From a virus: DNA of 64,000 nucleotides. A program made the position numbers and the translations under genes. Of the stretch, positions 42,084 through 52,508 are shown piece after piece (within the stretch, counting starts at the first letter, position 1; the number at the start of each line of letters is the position of its first letter). The notes beneath the pieces are model-generated. The model did no database searches. It was not told the origin of the DNA and was given only the letters and a program-made list of their open reading frames with translations. Location: positions 1 to 64,000 of the IMG/VR virus record IMGVR_UViG_3300049719_000158; one strand, written 5' to 3'.

Positions 42084-42854
42084 TCACTTTCCATACAATT
42101 CTTCATAACGACGCTTCGTGATGCTAATTTCACCAGTTTTTGCATAGTGATCTATGAGATAGAAGTGCCTGGAATAGATGTGGAGACTGCCTGCGTTCCA
42201 ATAAAGATCACCAACGGGATAACCAATTTCTTGTACAAATTCTTTCAAAATTGTCTGCTGCCATGCACAATCGTTGCGGAGTCCCAGTATCGCGTCCGAG
42301 GAACGCATCGTGACTATCGCATTCAATTTTCCGTCACGCATTAGATATTGCACACAATTCGTACAAACAAAATCTTGACGTCCATTCAAATTATACTCGC
42401 TCCACATCGTGGGACGCGTATAGATGATGATTGCTCTCCTGCTTTCGGGATTTTTCTTTAGCTCTTCAACTGCGTGTTCGAATTGGCGACCGTTTGCTTC
42501 TGATTTGACAATGTGGCCATAATTTGAATTGATGAACCCATCCTTGTCAGCAACTGCTTTCCACACTGCGGGTGCACCACCCGGAATGTCGTTCACGTTC
42601 AGTGACATTGACTTGTACCACGCAAGCTCTCTCTCGATGTACTCGTGATTTAATTCTCCAAAGATCGTGTTCTCGTCAACAACAAACGTCGCATTGATGA
42701 TCTCGACTGTGTCACCACCCATCAACGAAGTCATTGACGCTTCCCTGCAATAACCTGTGAACTTCTTCGCTTTGTATAAATTAACGAACTCTTTACGTAC
42801 GTCTGCTACTGTGTGATGTTGCATGGTAATATTGTATTCAACTCGTTGCGTCAC
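42084..42854 (-). CDS. dCMP hydroxymethylase (T4 gp42-like thymidylate synthase fold)
   Basis: INSNYG, SRRA, DFVCTN, MRSSDAILGLRNDCAW with Asp at the dCMP-specificity position, GSLHIY. Confidence 0.88.
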   Translation of the reverse strand: MTQRVEYNITMQHHTVADVRKEFVNLYKAKKFTGYCREASMTSLMGGDTVEIINATFVVDENTIFGELNHEYIERELAWYKSMSLNVNDIPGGAPAVWKAVADKDGFINSNYGHIVKSEANGRQFEHAVEELKKNPESRRAIIIYTRPTMWSEYNLNGRQDFVCTNCVQYLMRDGKLNAIVTMRSSDAILGLRNDCAWQQTILKEFVQEIGYPVGDLYWNAGSLHIYSRHFYLIDHYAKTGEISITKRRYEELYGK

Positions 42855-43362
42855 GTATTGTCATTGACCCACTTAAACACGTCGTCGCCAAAAACCGTCG
42901 TCATCATGCACTCATATGCCCAGTGTTGAATGTCCTTGATTTCATACCCGTATTCACAAACGTGATCAACATTTTTCTTCGCAAGTTCAACGAGTTCATG
43001 CCAGTCGATACATAATTGTACATTTGGCTTCTCGCTTTTAACACGTTTACGACGTTCTAACTCTTCAATGAGTTCATCGTCATTGACGTCACGTAAAATA
43101 CTCTCAAGGTTCATTTTTTGTCTCGCTCTTTCGCTTACGTGACTTCTTCTCGCGTGGTGGCAGTGCCAACACGACTTTTTGCTTCCCATCGTCTATCTCA
43201 ACATTTGCAACAAAGTCAAACTTCTTCAGTTCATATAACTTATCAGTGTCACACCAGCCACCCACGGTGGTTGTGAGCACGAGGTCGACGTTGAGTAACT
43301 TTTTGCGCGACAGCTTGCATGCACACTTGAATGCGTCGCTTGAAGTTGTCACAATAACGTAA

Positions 43363-43758
43363 TCAACGGTCATCATATACGTCCTTCACTTTTTTAAAAT
43401 AACACTTCATTGATGTTATGTACTCACGCTTGTTGACGTAATATGCATCACTGTTTTCCTTCTTACCACACAATCTGTTCAAGTAACCACACGTTGGACA
43501 CACGAATTGTCCTTCGTCCTCTTTCCAATAATCACCCACCTGAACTGAATAGGGCGCAACGTAGAAGTGTGTCTGAATGTACGTTAGGTCTGACACCTTG
43601 TGCAACGTGTTGCAGCCTTTGTTTTTGTACCACGGTGAACAACATCTTATGAGAACTTGTGAATGAAGTGCTTCAATTAACGAATTAATGTCACATCTTT
43701 TCTGCTCAAGTTGAGTTATTTTCTTTTCAATCAGTTCGTTGTTCATTACGTTATCCAA
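43363..43758 (-). CDS. Zinc-ribbon hypothetical protein
   Basis: C..C and CPTC pairs. Confidence 0.6.
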   Translation of the reverse strand: MDNVMNNELIEKKITQLEQKRCDINSLIEALHSQVLIRCCSPWYKNKGCNTLHKVSDLTYIQTHFYVAPYSVQVGDYWKEDEGQFVCPTCGYLNRLCGKKENSDAYYVNKREYITSMKCYFKKVKDVYDDR

Positions 43759-44012
43759 TCATCTGAAACACGATCCACGAGTATCCCGCAACGATACCGG
43801 AGACCAAAAACAACGCGTCAAAAATGTAATTCTTCATGTGAACTCCTACTTACGATTGTAATCAAACCTGTCACTGCGCACTTCTATCACGCCCATTTGT
43901 GCAAGGTAACAAATTATTGCTTCACGCACAACGCCACCCTTTTGGCCGGTTGTCATGGCATATGCTTGTAGCTTTTCGTACAAGTCATTGTCGATGACAT
44001 CAGACACTTCCT

Positions 44013-44234
44013 TCACTTTTCACATCCCTTGCAATTGCCTTCACACTTTACATTTGAACTATACCCATCCTTGTACCAATGCTGTCCCTTTAGCACGAAT
44101 GACGTTCCAGCAATTTGTCGCTTCAACGCAGGCTGACCGCACGCTTCACACGTCGTCAAGGGTTCGGCTGTGATGCGTTGCTCAACTTCAAATTCTTTGT
44201 TGCATGAAGTACAAACGTAGGGATAAGTGGGCAC
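44013..44234 (-). CDS. FmdB family zinc-ribbon protein
   Basis: MPTYPYVCTSC..FE...CEACG...F.LKG..WY. Confidence 0.88.
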   Translation of the reverse strand: MPTYPYVCTSCNKEFEVEQRITAEPLTTCEACGQPALKRQIAGTSFVLKGQHWYKDGYSSNVKCEGNCKGCEK

Positions 44235-44268
44235 AGGTGATTTTCCTTTGTAATTACAATATCACACG

Positions 44269-45087
44269 TCACAAGTAGTTACACAAAACTTTCACTTCTT
44301 CATCAGTTAAGTCTTTCCATTCTTTGTCACGTAGCCTATTCAACAAACTGCCTTTGCATTGTCCGCAAGTCAACTTTCGAATGTCAGTGACAATGCGTTG
44401 TTTGAGCTCCTCAGGATTAACCCAATTTCCAACGTTTGTGCACGAAGTCGAAAGGTGTGTTTTAAGAGGTTTCATGAGTTTAACGTCTTTTGACAAAGAT
44501 ATACGAATAAGTTTCATATTGTGTTCATGAAAGTATTCATTTTGTTTTATGTCAATCAACATTTTGTGATGTATTTGACCATCACGTGGCGTACGATGTT
44601 TTGCAATTTCTTCTATTGGTCTATCAAGACCATGCCAATATGGGCCGTCATATTGAATGTATGTATCAATTGTATTCACGTAAAAATCAATTGCCCATAT
44701 TGTTGATTACTTTTTGTTTCGTTCACCAAAATCTTTGTCTAAGAAACGTGCACTTTCCATATATTTGTATGAACGTTGTTCAATGAGTGTTAATTCATCA
44801 CCATGAACAAATTTAAGTACACGATCAATTTGTTCATAAGTAAATGTTTTTTGTGTTTTAAAATTTGAACGATTACATCCTAATAGTAATCGAAGTGGTG
44901 TTGTTTTAAACGTACCGCGTTTGCTATCAACGCACGTGCAACGTCTCGCTATTGAAACATATGTTTCGTCAATAAGAGTAATTGTATTTCCGTGAAGAGA
45001 TTTAATGAACTCTTTTATGTCGTCAAGCGTATATTTCACAATCCCATAATTTCCATTGCTTTTTGCGTCGTAGCTTCGTATGAACAT
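44269..45087 (-). pseudogene. Vsr-like homing endonuclease, fragmented
   Basis: N-part resembles the N-terminus of ORF 52496-53794; C-part WAIDFY..IDTYIQYDG.YWHGLDR...PRD. Confidence 0.7.
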
Positions 45088-46307
45088 CGTTCTCTAATAA
45101 CACGTTGCAAATTGTTTAAATGTTGTTGTTTTGATACTTGAAACGTATTCAATAGTTTATCGAGTGTATCAATAAAGTTTGAAAAATCTGGATTATACAA
45201 GAATGGATAACCCGCTTCTTTCGCTATTGCTGCGTATTCGTTACAATTTGCCCATATGGGCATCATACCAAGCGTTATACACTCTCTTGATGCAGTTCCT
45301 CCATACGTATCAACATCGTACGCGCCTATTACAACGTGTGAATTTTTTGCAACAAATTTATATTCGTTTCTATTAAACGCATTGCCGCCAATACTAATAT
45401 AGCCATGTGCGCCACACTTTTCTTCAAGTTGTTTATTTGAAAATTTCTGATTAGGATTTCCTGCGATAACAACAAAATCTTGTCGATGTTTGTAAAGTTT
45501 CGGAAGAATTTCAAACATAAATTTCATACCTCGAGTAAAATCATTACTTCCGGTACTGATACGATTAGGAAAAAACAGAATTTTCTTTCCCTTCGTCTTT
45601 TGTTCAAACTCACACATATCGAAACGTACGTTGTCATAATTTATTTCGGACGTAATTTCTGCAATCGAATATCCATCGTCATAGGGTGAGCTCTTCTTCA
45701 TGATTTCGTCAACGACTTTATCCTGTAAAACTTCTCTTGCATCATCTTCAAACTGATCAAGCGCCGTTTGACACTGCCAGAAATTATAATCAGCTTTTTG
45801 CGCCGCCTCAAGTTGTCCCAACCAAATTGACGCTTCTTCAGGAAATTTTGGATTTGTTGGACAATCAATAAAATGTGCATGGACAACAAATTTTGGCGTA
45901 TAACCAGCGCGTAAAAAGAATAATGCCTTATAGTGCCTCAATAATAGTGGATCGTTAACATAAACGATATCATAGCGCATGTTTGTGTACGGCTTCATGC
46001 GTGTTAAGCTAAGTGCTTCGTCCATTTCGTCTATGTTGAAATCGTAACGCGTTGCAAGTGCGTTTGGAATGACACGATGTGCCTTGTAAAGGACCATCCC
46101 TCCACCTTGAAATAAGTCAGGATTTATTTGTTCCGGTTGTTCAACGAGTTGTTCACGAAGTGGCCCTGTGATGTCAATCAGGAGATTGGGAGACAATTTC
46201 AACATCTCTCGAATTCGTCCGACACACATCTGCCAGCCGCTGTCTTGTCCTAACCCTGCTTTACCATTAATAAAATTGCTTAATTGCGTTTGGAAAAGTA
46301 CTCGCAT
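45036..46307 (-). CDS. GT-B-like glycosyltransferase (candidate DNA glycosyltransferase)
   Basis: 423 aa, two Rossmann-like halves; ILFFPNRIS, EY..V...S.V, DTYGGTASRECI.LG..PI resembling the GT-B Ex7E region. Confidence 0.65.
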   Translation of the reverse strand: MRVLFQTQLSNFINGKAGLGQDSGWQMCVGRIREMLKLSPNLLIDITGPLREQLVEQPEQINPDLFQGGGMVLYKAHRVIPNALATRYDFNIDEMDEALSLTRMKPYTNMRYDIVYVNDPLLLRHYKALFFLRAGYTPKFVVHAHFIDCPTNPKFPEEASIWLGQLEAAQKADYNFWQCQTALDQFEDDAREVLQDKVVDEIMKKSSPYDDGYSIAEITSEINYDNVRFDMCEFEQKTKGKKILFFPNRISTGSNDFTRGMKFMFEILPKLYKHRQDFVVIAGNPNQKFSNKQLEEKCGAHGYISIGGNAFNRNEYKFVAKNSHVVIGAYDVDTYGGTASRECITLGMMPIWANCNEYAAIAKEAGYPFLYNPDFSNFIDTLDKLLNTFQVSKQQHLNNLQRVIRERCSYEATTQKAMEIMGL

Positions 46308-47177
46308 ATGCTTCCTATTTTAATCACTGACCAAATTTTTGTTAAGCATTCCACGTTTTCGAACGCTGTAATTCACGTATCCTCTGCGTCTATGCGGAAA
46401 CTTATGTAAGTCTATGTTCATATCGTCCCATATGACGTCCCACAAAGGCGTGCTCATCGACCAATACGCATCATCGTTCTCGCCAGCGTCGATTGAACAC
46501 TGTACAATTAGATTGTAAATTTGTTGAGAATTACGTGCCAAATTCATGTTCAGCAGTTATTTGTGTCATGTACCAAATCGCCATTTTCAATGGACAATAT
46601 TTATCAAGTAAAATTTCAGTGCAAATATTCAATTCCAACAAACATAATTTTGTGTAATTCCACTTATCACGACGAATTTGTTCATGCGTGAACTGTGGAA
46701 AATCTTTCAGTGTTCCATCAATTGGATGGTACCACTGTGGGTCGTCTTTGTACGCGTAAGACGCATATTGCATATCATGTTCATGGTGACATAATTCTAA
46801 CATTTCACGAACTCCATGATCGTCTTCACGATCTCGTGTTGCTTGTCTTCAAGGATTGTCTCATATCGTCCATTCAAATGCTCTTCATCGCTACACTTCA
46901 CGACCATTTCGTCAGTGAACACACGTAACATATTATTTTCTTTTCTGGACACTTTCACGATAACGTTTAAGTAATTTATTGATCGAACTACTTGAACAAT
47001 TCAGCATTTTTGCGATATTATCGACTGACATTGTTTTTCGAAACTTAGCTACTTTTTCGTCATCAAGTTTTAATAACTTACCACGTGGTAAACGTTTATT
47101 TGTGACAAATATACCCGCATTAGATGCATTTTTTAAAATTTTGGTAATTTCTTTAAATGAACAGTCATAAGCATTCA

Positions 47178-48221
47178 TTATTTCACCATATGTACAGCCG
47201 CTATTTTTTTGTGCATTACTTCAGGCCATTCAATAAATTCAAGCACCTCTTTTACTTGACGATCTAAATCTTCGTCATCAACATAAAGTATATGAACGTT
47301 ACCATGTGACCAGTTTTTAAAACAATGATAAAGTTCTGAAATATATGTTAACGCTTTTTCATTTATTGTTGGGTCTAAATCATCACATATTCCAACAAAT
47401 GATTTTCTGGTGCATATCAAAATTTTTGCACCAATTTTGGTGTAATCATAATCTAACTTACGTAACATCCTCAAATCTGTTTCACGCTTAAAATATTGTG
47501 CATAAACCCATTCACACATATATGCACGATCAACTAATACACTTGTACACAATTGATATAATACATCCACAAAACGTGGTTCTGCATATCGTATTTCATT
47601 AATAAATCTATCTTGAGATAACAAGAAATTTTCATGTTCGTTTGAAACTTTAAAATAATTTATTCCTGTTATACGTTCAATTTCTCTAAGAATTGTTGTT
47701 TTTCCACATCTATCGGGTCCACCGCATAAAAGAACAACTTGTTGAGGATTTCCTCGACGATTTGTTCGTTCTTGAGCATTTTTGTGTTTTATACGATCTT
47801 CTTCTGACCACTTACGACCCATTCCTGCTTTACTTAAATTTGAATGAGTTTCAGTGGAAACAATTCTGTGCCACGACGACATTTTTAATTTTGTTTCAAA
47901 CGTCATTTCGCACCCGCACATTCCTTCACCTCCACGTGTCATATTGTATCCTTTGTCAGGATAATCATATATGAACGTTTGGTGCTCAGAAATTAGACGA
48001 ATTTCTGCACTTTTTGCTTCTTCGCAAGAAGCAAATTCACCCAATATTTCATGTATCCATGCATCAATACCGTATTTTTGTATTGCTCTATGAAAAGCGT
48101 ATTTTGATCCTCGCTTTGCTGATTTAATATGTCCTCGCCAGCATTCACTAATAGATGAATTAGTCCATCCAATGTACGCTTTTCCGTTAGTTGAATTTGT
48201 ATGTTTATATACAAGAGGCAT
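47178..48221 (-). CDS. GIY-YIG/NUMOD3 endonuclease fused in frame to a dNMP kinase
   Basis: VYKHTN..NGKAYIGWT, GYNMTRGGEG, then GGPDRCGKTT and LVDRAY..EWVY. Confidence 0.8.
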   Translation of the reverse strand: MPLVYKHTNSTNGKAYIGWTNSSISECWRGHIKSAKRGSKYAFHRAIQKYGIDAWIHEILGEFASCEEAKSAEIRLISEHQTFIYDYPDKGYNMTRGGEGMCGCEMTFETKLKMSSWHRIVSTETHSNLSKAGMGRKWSEEDRIKHKNAQERTNRRGNPQQVVLLCGGPDRCGKTTILREIERITGINYFKVSNEHENFLLSQDRFINEIRYAEPRFVDVLYQLCTSVLVDRAYMCEWVYAQYFKRETDLRMLRKLDYDYTKIGAKILICTRKSFVGICDDLDPTINEKALTYISELYHCFKNWSHGNVHILYVDDEDLDRQVKEVLEFIEWPEVMHKKIAAVHMVK

Positions 48222-48529
48222 GTGACAATATTCTATTCTAACCAACGACAATTGTACACACTACAATAACTTAAACTCTGGATGTTCTTCGAGAAGAACA
48301 CGCATTGCAACGTCGTAGTCGTTCGGTTCAATGAACGAAAATCTCAATGCCCACCCAAGTGCTTCATGAATGATATCAAATTCCTTTTAAGACATTTAAT
48401 TGTCTTCCTTTTCGTCAGGAACGTTCAAAAACACGTACATCGACAATAATGCCAAGACTATTGCGACGAACAACCACGCGTCTTGCGTCATGTGTGGCCA
48501 TTGAAAGTGAACGAGCCACGTTGGGGGCT

Positions 48530-48835
48530 TCATTGTTCGACGATGCTACGCACCGCCTCAGAGAAGTTTGTGAAAGCTTGCTTTGCGACGAGGCCTATGT
48601 ACCATCCTATGCCTCCAAACGACAACTTATACGCATAACCTCCGCGCTTGCCTGCGTTATCAATGCGGGCAACGAGTTGTTCGTCGTGCATCTTCTTCAA
48701 CGCGCTCGCAACAGTCGCAGAAGACAGATGCGTAGAAAAAATTTTGTTGAGTTCAGCAACTAACTGAGCGCACGTCATTGATTTTGGCGAACGTCCGAGA
48801 ATTATTAAAAGTTGCTGTCGAATGGTGAGCGTCAT
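48530..48835 (-). CDS. Winged-helix regulator
   Basis: MTCAQLV..L....SSATVASALKKM....LV.R....GGYAY. Confidence 0.7.
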   Translation of the reverse strand: MTLTIRQQLLIILGRSPKSMTCAQLVAELNKIFSTHLSSATVASALKKMHDEQLVARIDNAGKRGGYAYKLSFGGIGWYIGLVAKQAFTNFSEAVRSIVEQ

Positions 48836-49513
48836 AAACTTACCTTTTCTTGTTTTTCTTTTCTACTTTCGAATCCAAGCTTTTTTCTATTTGCGTTCCA
48901 ATATTGCAATTTGCAACGTTGCGTAGTCATCGCCCATGTGATGCCCACACACAGGATAAACGTGCCTGTAACCTATCATAAGATATGCTCCTCGTGGATT
49001 TGGACACCCGCACTGCAAACACCAAACAAAGCGCTTTCGCCACGTGCATCGGTGCCATAAAGCAAATCGCCATCCAACATGTGTCATCACTTGCACTCTT
49101 TACAATAAGTCTCGCATAGACTATGCTCACAACACCACTTCTTTTCACACCCTGAAACGACCCAAAACTTGGGTTCACTAAACGCTTTTGAGTACGTGCC
49201 CTTGAAACCTGAGACAAACGTGAGGTTGGTGCACTTCGTCATGTATTGACTTATTTGCATACGATCGTCGTATGAAATGCAGCTGAACAAAGATAAAGAA
49301 ACGAGCATTGCTAGAATTGTTTTCATTTTACTATCCTAAACTTCGGTCGCATCGGTGTATCATCGTCGGGTGAGTGAATGCTTTCAATGTATGTTTTAAA
49401 CTCCTGCTCGCAGGGCACGCTGTTCGAGTCGGGCACCCACGCACCGTTGATGGGAGGAACTTGCTTGAACGCAAGACGCGAATGTTTCGCTTGAGCTCTT
49501 CGGTAGACATTAA

Positions 49514-49780
49514 TTATCTTTCAATCATTGTCTGACACCAGCCAAGTTCATCGTCGTTCAGTGACACGTCGCTCTCAAACCCGTCCTTGTCGAACACGTG
49601 AACTGTCTTCTCGACGTCAGATGGGAGCACAACAAAGTTCTTGTCGCTCCACGAAAGCTTGTCGTCGTCGAAATCATCGCCGTCCCAGTTGACTGCGAGC
49701 TCAAAGTCTCGCGTCTTTGGTCGAAACTCAATCATGACGTAGCCGAACGAGTGATGCGTAGTCAACGTGATGTTGTTCAT
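49514..49780 (-). CDS. Hypothetical acidic protein
   Basis: Starts at promoter repeat 49778-49815. Confidence 0.7.
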   Translation of the reverse strand: MNNITLTTHHSFGYVMIEFRPKTRDFELAVNWDGDDFDDDKLSWSDKNFVVLPSDVEKTVHVFDKDGFESDVSLNDDELGWCQTMIER

Positions 49781-49815
49781 GAAATCAATATATCACAATT
49801 CTCAAAAGATTACAC
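49778..49815 (-). promoter_or_regulatory. Promoter repeat copy
   Basis: GTGTAATCTTTTGAGAATTGTGATATATTGATTTCATG. Confidence 0.78.
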
Positions 49816-50606
49816 CTTCCATGGATTTTTAATCGCTAATGCTTGAGCTGCGCGGCGCTTTACACGAACGTGTTTTTCTTTGAGACAATCGATCAAATGA
49901 AAATATTTTCCATGATTTTCATTCTCTTCAAAGTCTATTTCGTCCTGTATGTCCCACTGCCGGCGCACTAATGCTGCAACTCGAAAGTCCCAGCCTTTGC
50001 GAAGCTGATTGCGAATTGAACGTTCTACAATTTCAACGTCGGCGCAATCATATGCATCTGTGGCTTTGTAAGGTGTTAGTTTCATTTTATTCTTCCATTT
50101 TTGATCAGGCTTCGAATACTTCTTCAAGTTCATTCGTCGTATCCATCTAAAATCCAAAAACACGTCGTGCACAGTGCACCGCCAAACTTTGGCGACGAAG
50201 GTTCTTTGAGAGGTAACTTGCAGCACTGACACTCATGTTCAAGTTCTTCAGGTTCTTCTTTTTCTTCTTCAATCATTGAATGATAATACCACACTCACCA
50301 ATGTTTTACACAAAACCACCCTTCACATGGAGCGGCGCGTAAGTCTCCAGGGCCTGCAATGTTGCCAAGAAAACGCCCACACTCAGTACAATACGGGTGC
50401 ACAATTTCAAACTCGCAACCTCTTCCAAACCATATAACAATGGCTTCCAATCGCGTTTAAACATCTTAATTTTAATATTAATCAACGCATTCGGTGTTGT
50501 ACAAATTATTTTACGAAAAAGACAATTCATGTCATCCCACGATGGGATGACTATTCTTGTCAAAGTCTCGAACATAAAAAGCTCAACAACCACGTCAACA
50601 ACTTTT

Positions 50607-52508
50607 TCATACTGTCACTTCCTTGCACTTGTGTATTCTCGTTGAAACTCCGAAGTCATTCCTCTCACACTCAGCTACGTATAACGCAAATGGCACCAAG
50701 TCTTGGTTTGCACCCCAAACGTTGATCTTCACGTTTTTGGTGCCAATTCCGAGCGTGTCGGCACACACGTAGCTCTTGCCTGCCTTTGTCTTCTTCAGGA
50801 GAGACCTTACACAAACAAAGTAGTACAAGTCCTTCGCGCCTTCTTGACACATGTTGATTGGCTTTATTCCCTTGGCGTCAAGGCGCTCAAACACTGCCTT
50901 GTCTATCAAGGACACCGTATCGATGGCGCCTGTGATTTCAAGCATGAAAGAAGCCAACTCCTTCTTCGACCACTCGTCGCACTGGCCCACAGTTCGAGCC
51001 AGCTCGTACATTGTGCGCATGCCGATGTGTGGGTCGTTCTTCTTGCAGTGGCGTATCTTGCCGTCCATGAGAACTTCGTGCATTCCCTTGTAGGACTTGA
51101 AAAGCTTGTCCTCGCCCACGCAGTCAAGGCTCTCGAAGGCTCGAAGCTTCACGAGGGCCTCAAACCCACGCTTGTTGAACTTGCTGAAGCGCCACGTGCC
51201 GTCAGCGTTGTAGAGCATGTGCTCGAGGCTGTCAAAGGGACGAAGCGACATGAGCTCGGCTACTGCTGCGGCGCCGACGCCTTTGCAGGAGAGGAACGAG
51301 GGAACGAAAGTCTTCTTCTCCTTGATACAGACCCACTTTGATGAGGAGTAGTTGACGTCGAGGGACATGACCTTGTAACCGAGCTCTTTTACTTGGGAGA
51401 CGGCCAACGCCTTGTCTTCGTCCGAGGAGACTGACTCGAGGTACGTGGCGAGCCATTCGTCGGGATATTTAGTGAAAAGCCAGCTGCAATAAAAGCTATC
51501 GATTGCATATGCGGTGGCATGCGAACAATTTGAAACAGATATGTCATTTGCAAAAAATGTGTGATCTGGATGATCTACTGTAAGATCATATGTCATTTCA
51601 GGAGCACATTTTTTAATGCTAACGATTTCGTCAAGTAATTTGGTCGTTGTAACAACATGTTCACATTTACACGACATTATTTCTTTTAGTGATTTTAACC
51701 CAAACGGTGTCATTATTTTGTGATCAATGGTACAACGAAGCGTTTTGCCAGATTCTGTTCTTAGCTCGTATACTTCGTTCACACCTTGATCAAGTTGATT
51801 GAGCACCTTTACATAACCATTTTCAGACAAAACGTGCTCACCCGGGATGACGTCTTTAATTGATACTGTCCCACGTTCCTTTGTTTTCACAAACGAAGTG
51901 GCGGACAGACAATTAAACCCATATCCCGCAAAAAATAGAATATTTGCATATGCTTTTCGAGCTATTTCTTCAGGAACAGAATTCTTTATCGCACCGTTCA
52001 TGAAATCGTCTTCGAGCGCAAGAGCTTTTTTCTTTGCCTCTTCGCCACCTGACGTCGAACGCTTCATGATTGCTCGGCGAACTTCGTCACACTTCTCCAT
52101 CGGAAATCCACCGACGTAATGTGCCAAATTCATCACATCTTCCTGAAAAATTAAGAGACCTCGAGTTTCTTTTAGAACTTCGTTGATTAACGGGTGACCC
52201 CAGTCGTAGGGTTCATGTTCATGTTTGACCCAGAGGTCATGCACCCTCGCTGAAAGGGGTCCCGGGCGATAAATTGACGTTAATGCAGCAATATCCATTA
52301 TTGATTTTGGTTTTGCTTTTTTAAATAAATTTTGAGCTCCTTTCGACGTGAGCTGAAATATGATTGGGAAGTGACCGTCCTCATAAACATGCTTGTAAAC
52401 TTCTTGATCGTTCAAATCAATGGTATCAAGTCCCATGTTTTGTTCGTACCATGAACGAACATCAGAAAACGAAGGTTCAACTTTTGTGATTGACGTTATT
52501 TTTGACAT
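50607..52508 (-). CDS. dnaE: DNA polymerase III alpha, C-terminal part, containing a mini-intein
   Basis: IFQL, SIYRPGP, LIFQE, FAGYGFN, SHATAY, KGVG HhH, C-terminal OB-like region. Confidence 0.93.
   Translation of the reverse strand: MSKITSITKVEPSFSDVRSWYEQNMGLDTIDLNDQEVYKHVYEDGHFPIIFQLTSKGAQNLFKKAKPKSIMDIAALTSIYRPGPLSARVHDLWVKHEHEPYDWGHPLINEVLKETRGLLIFQEDVMNLAHYVGGFPMEKCDEVRRAIMKRSTSGGEEAKKKALALEDDFMNGAIKNSVPEEIARKAYANILFFAGYGFNCLSATSFVKTKERGTVSIKDVIPGEHVLSENGYVKVLNQLDQGVNEVYELRTESGKTLRCTIDHKIMTPFGLKSLKEIMSCKCEHVVTTTKLLDEIVSIKKCAPEMTYDLTVDHPDHTFFANDISVSNCSHATAYAIDSFYCSWLFTKYPDEWLATYLESVSSDEDKALAVSQVKELGYKVMSLDVNYSSSKWVCIKEKKTFVPSFLSCKGVGAAAVAELMSLRPFDSLEHMLYNADGTWRFSKFNKRGFEALVKLRAFESLDCVGEDKLFKSYKGMHEVLMDGKIRHCKKNDPHIGMRTMYELARTVGQCDEWSKKELASFMLEITGAIDTVSLIDKAVFERLDAKGIKPINMCQEGAKDLYYFVCVRSLLKKTKAGKSYVCADTLGIGTKNVKINVWGANQDLVPFALYVAECERNDFGVSTRIHKCKEVTV
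51528..51911 (-). mobile_element. Mini-intein (128 aa) at GFN|CSH of DnaE
   Basis: CLSATS start, CTIDH block B, TYDLTV..HTFFANDISVSN|C end. Confidence 0.9.

Noticed and set aside
42084-42854. Ordinary ThyA thymidylate synthase
   Set aside because: It has Asp rather than Asn at the specificity position, T4 gp42-like motifs, and ThyX is already present.
10227-48389. TAA recoded as an amino acid (three in-frame TAA codons)
   Set aside because: Well-conserved genes (groEL, uxs, exonuclease) end in TAA at their expected C-termini, and TAG and TGA also terminate genes; point mutations or errors are more likely.
50703-51341. 212-aa plus-strand ORF (also 55646-56260 and 58175-58630)
   Set aside because: Antisense shadows of dnaE and the epimerase, with no recognisable motifs.
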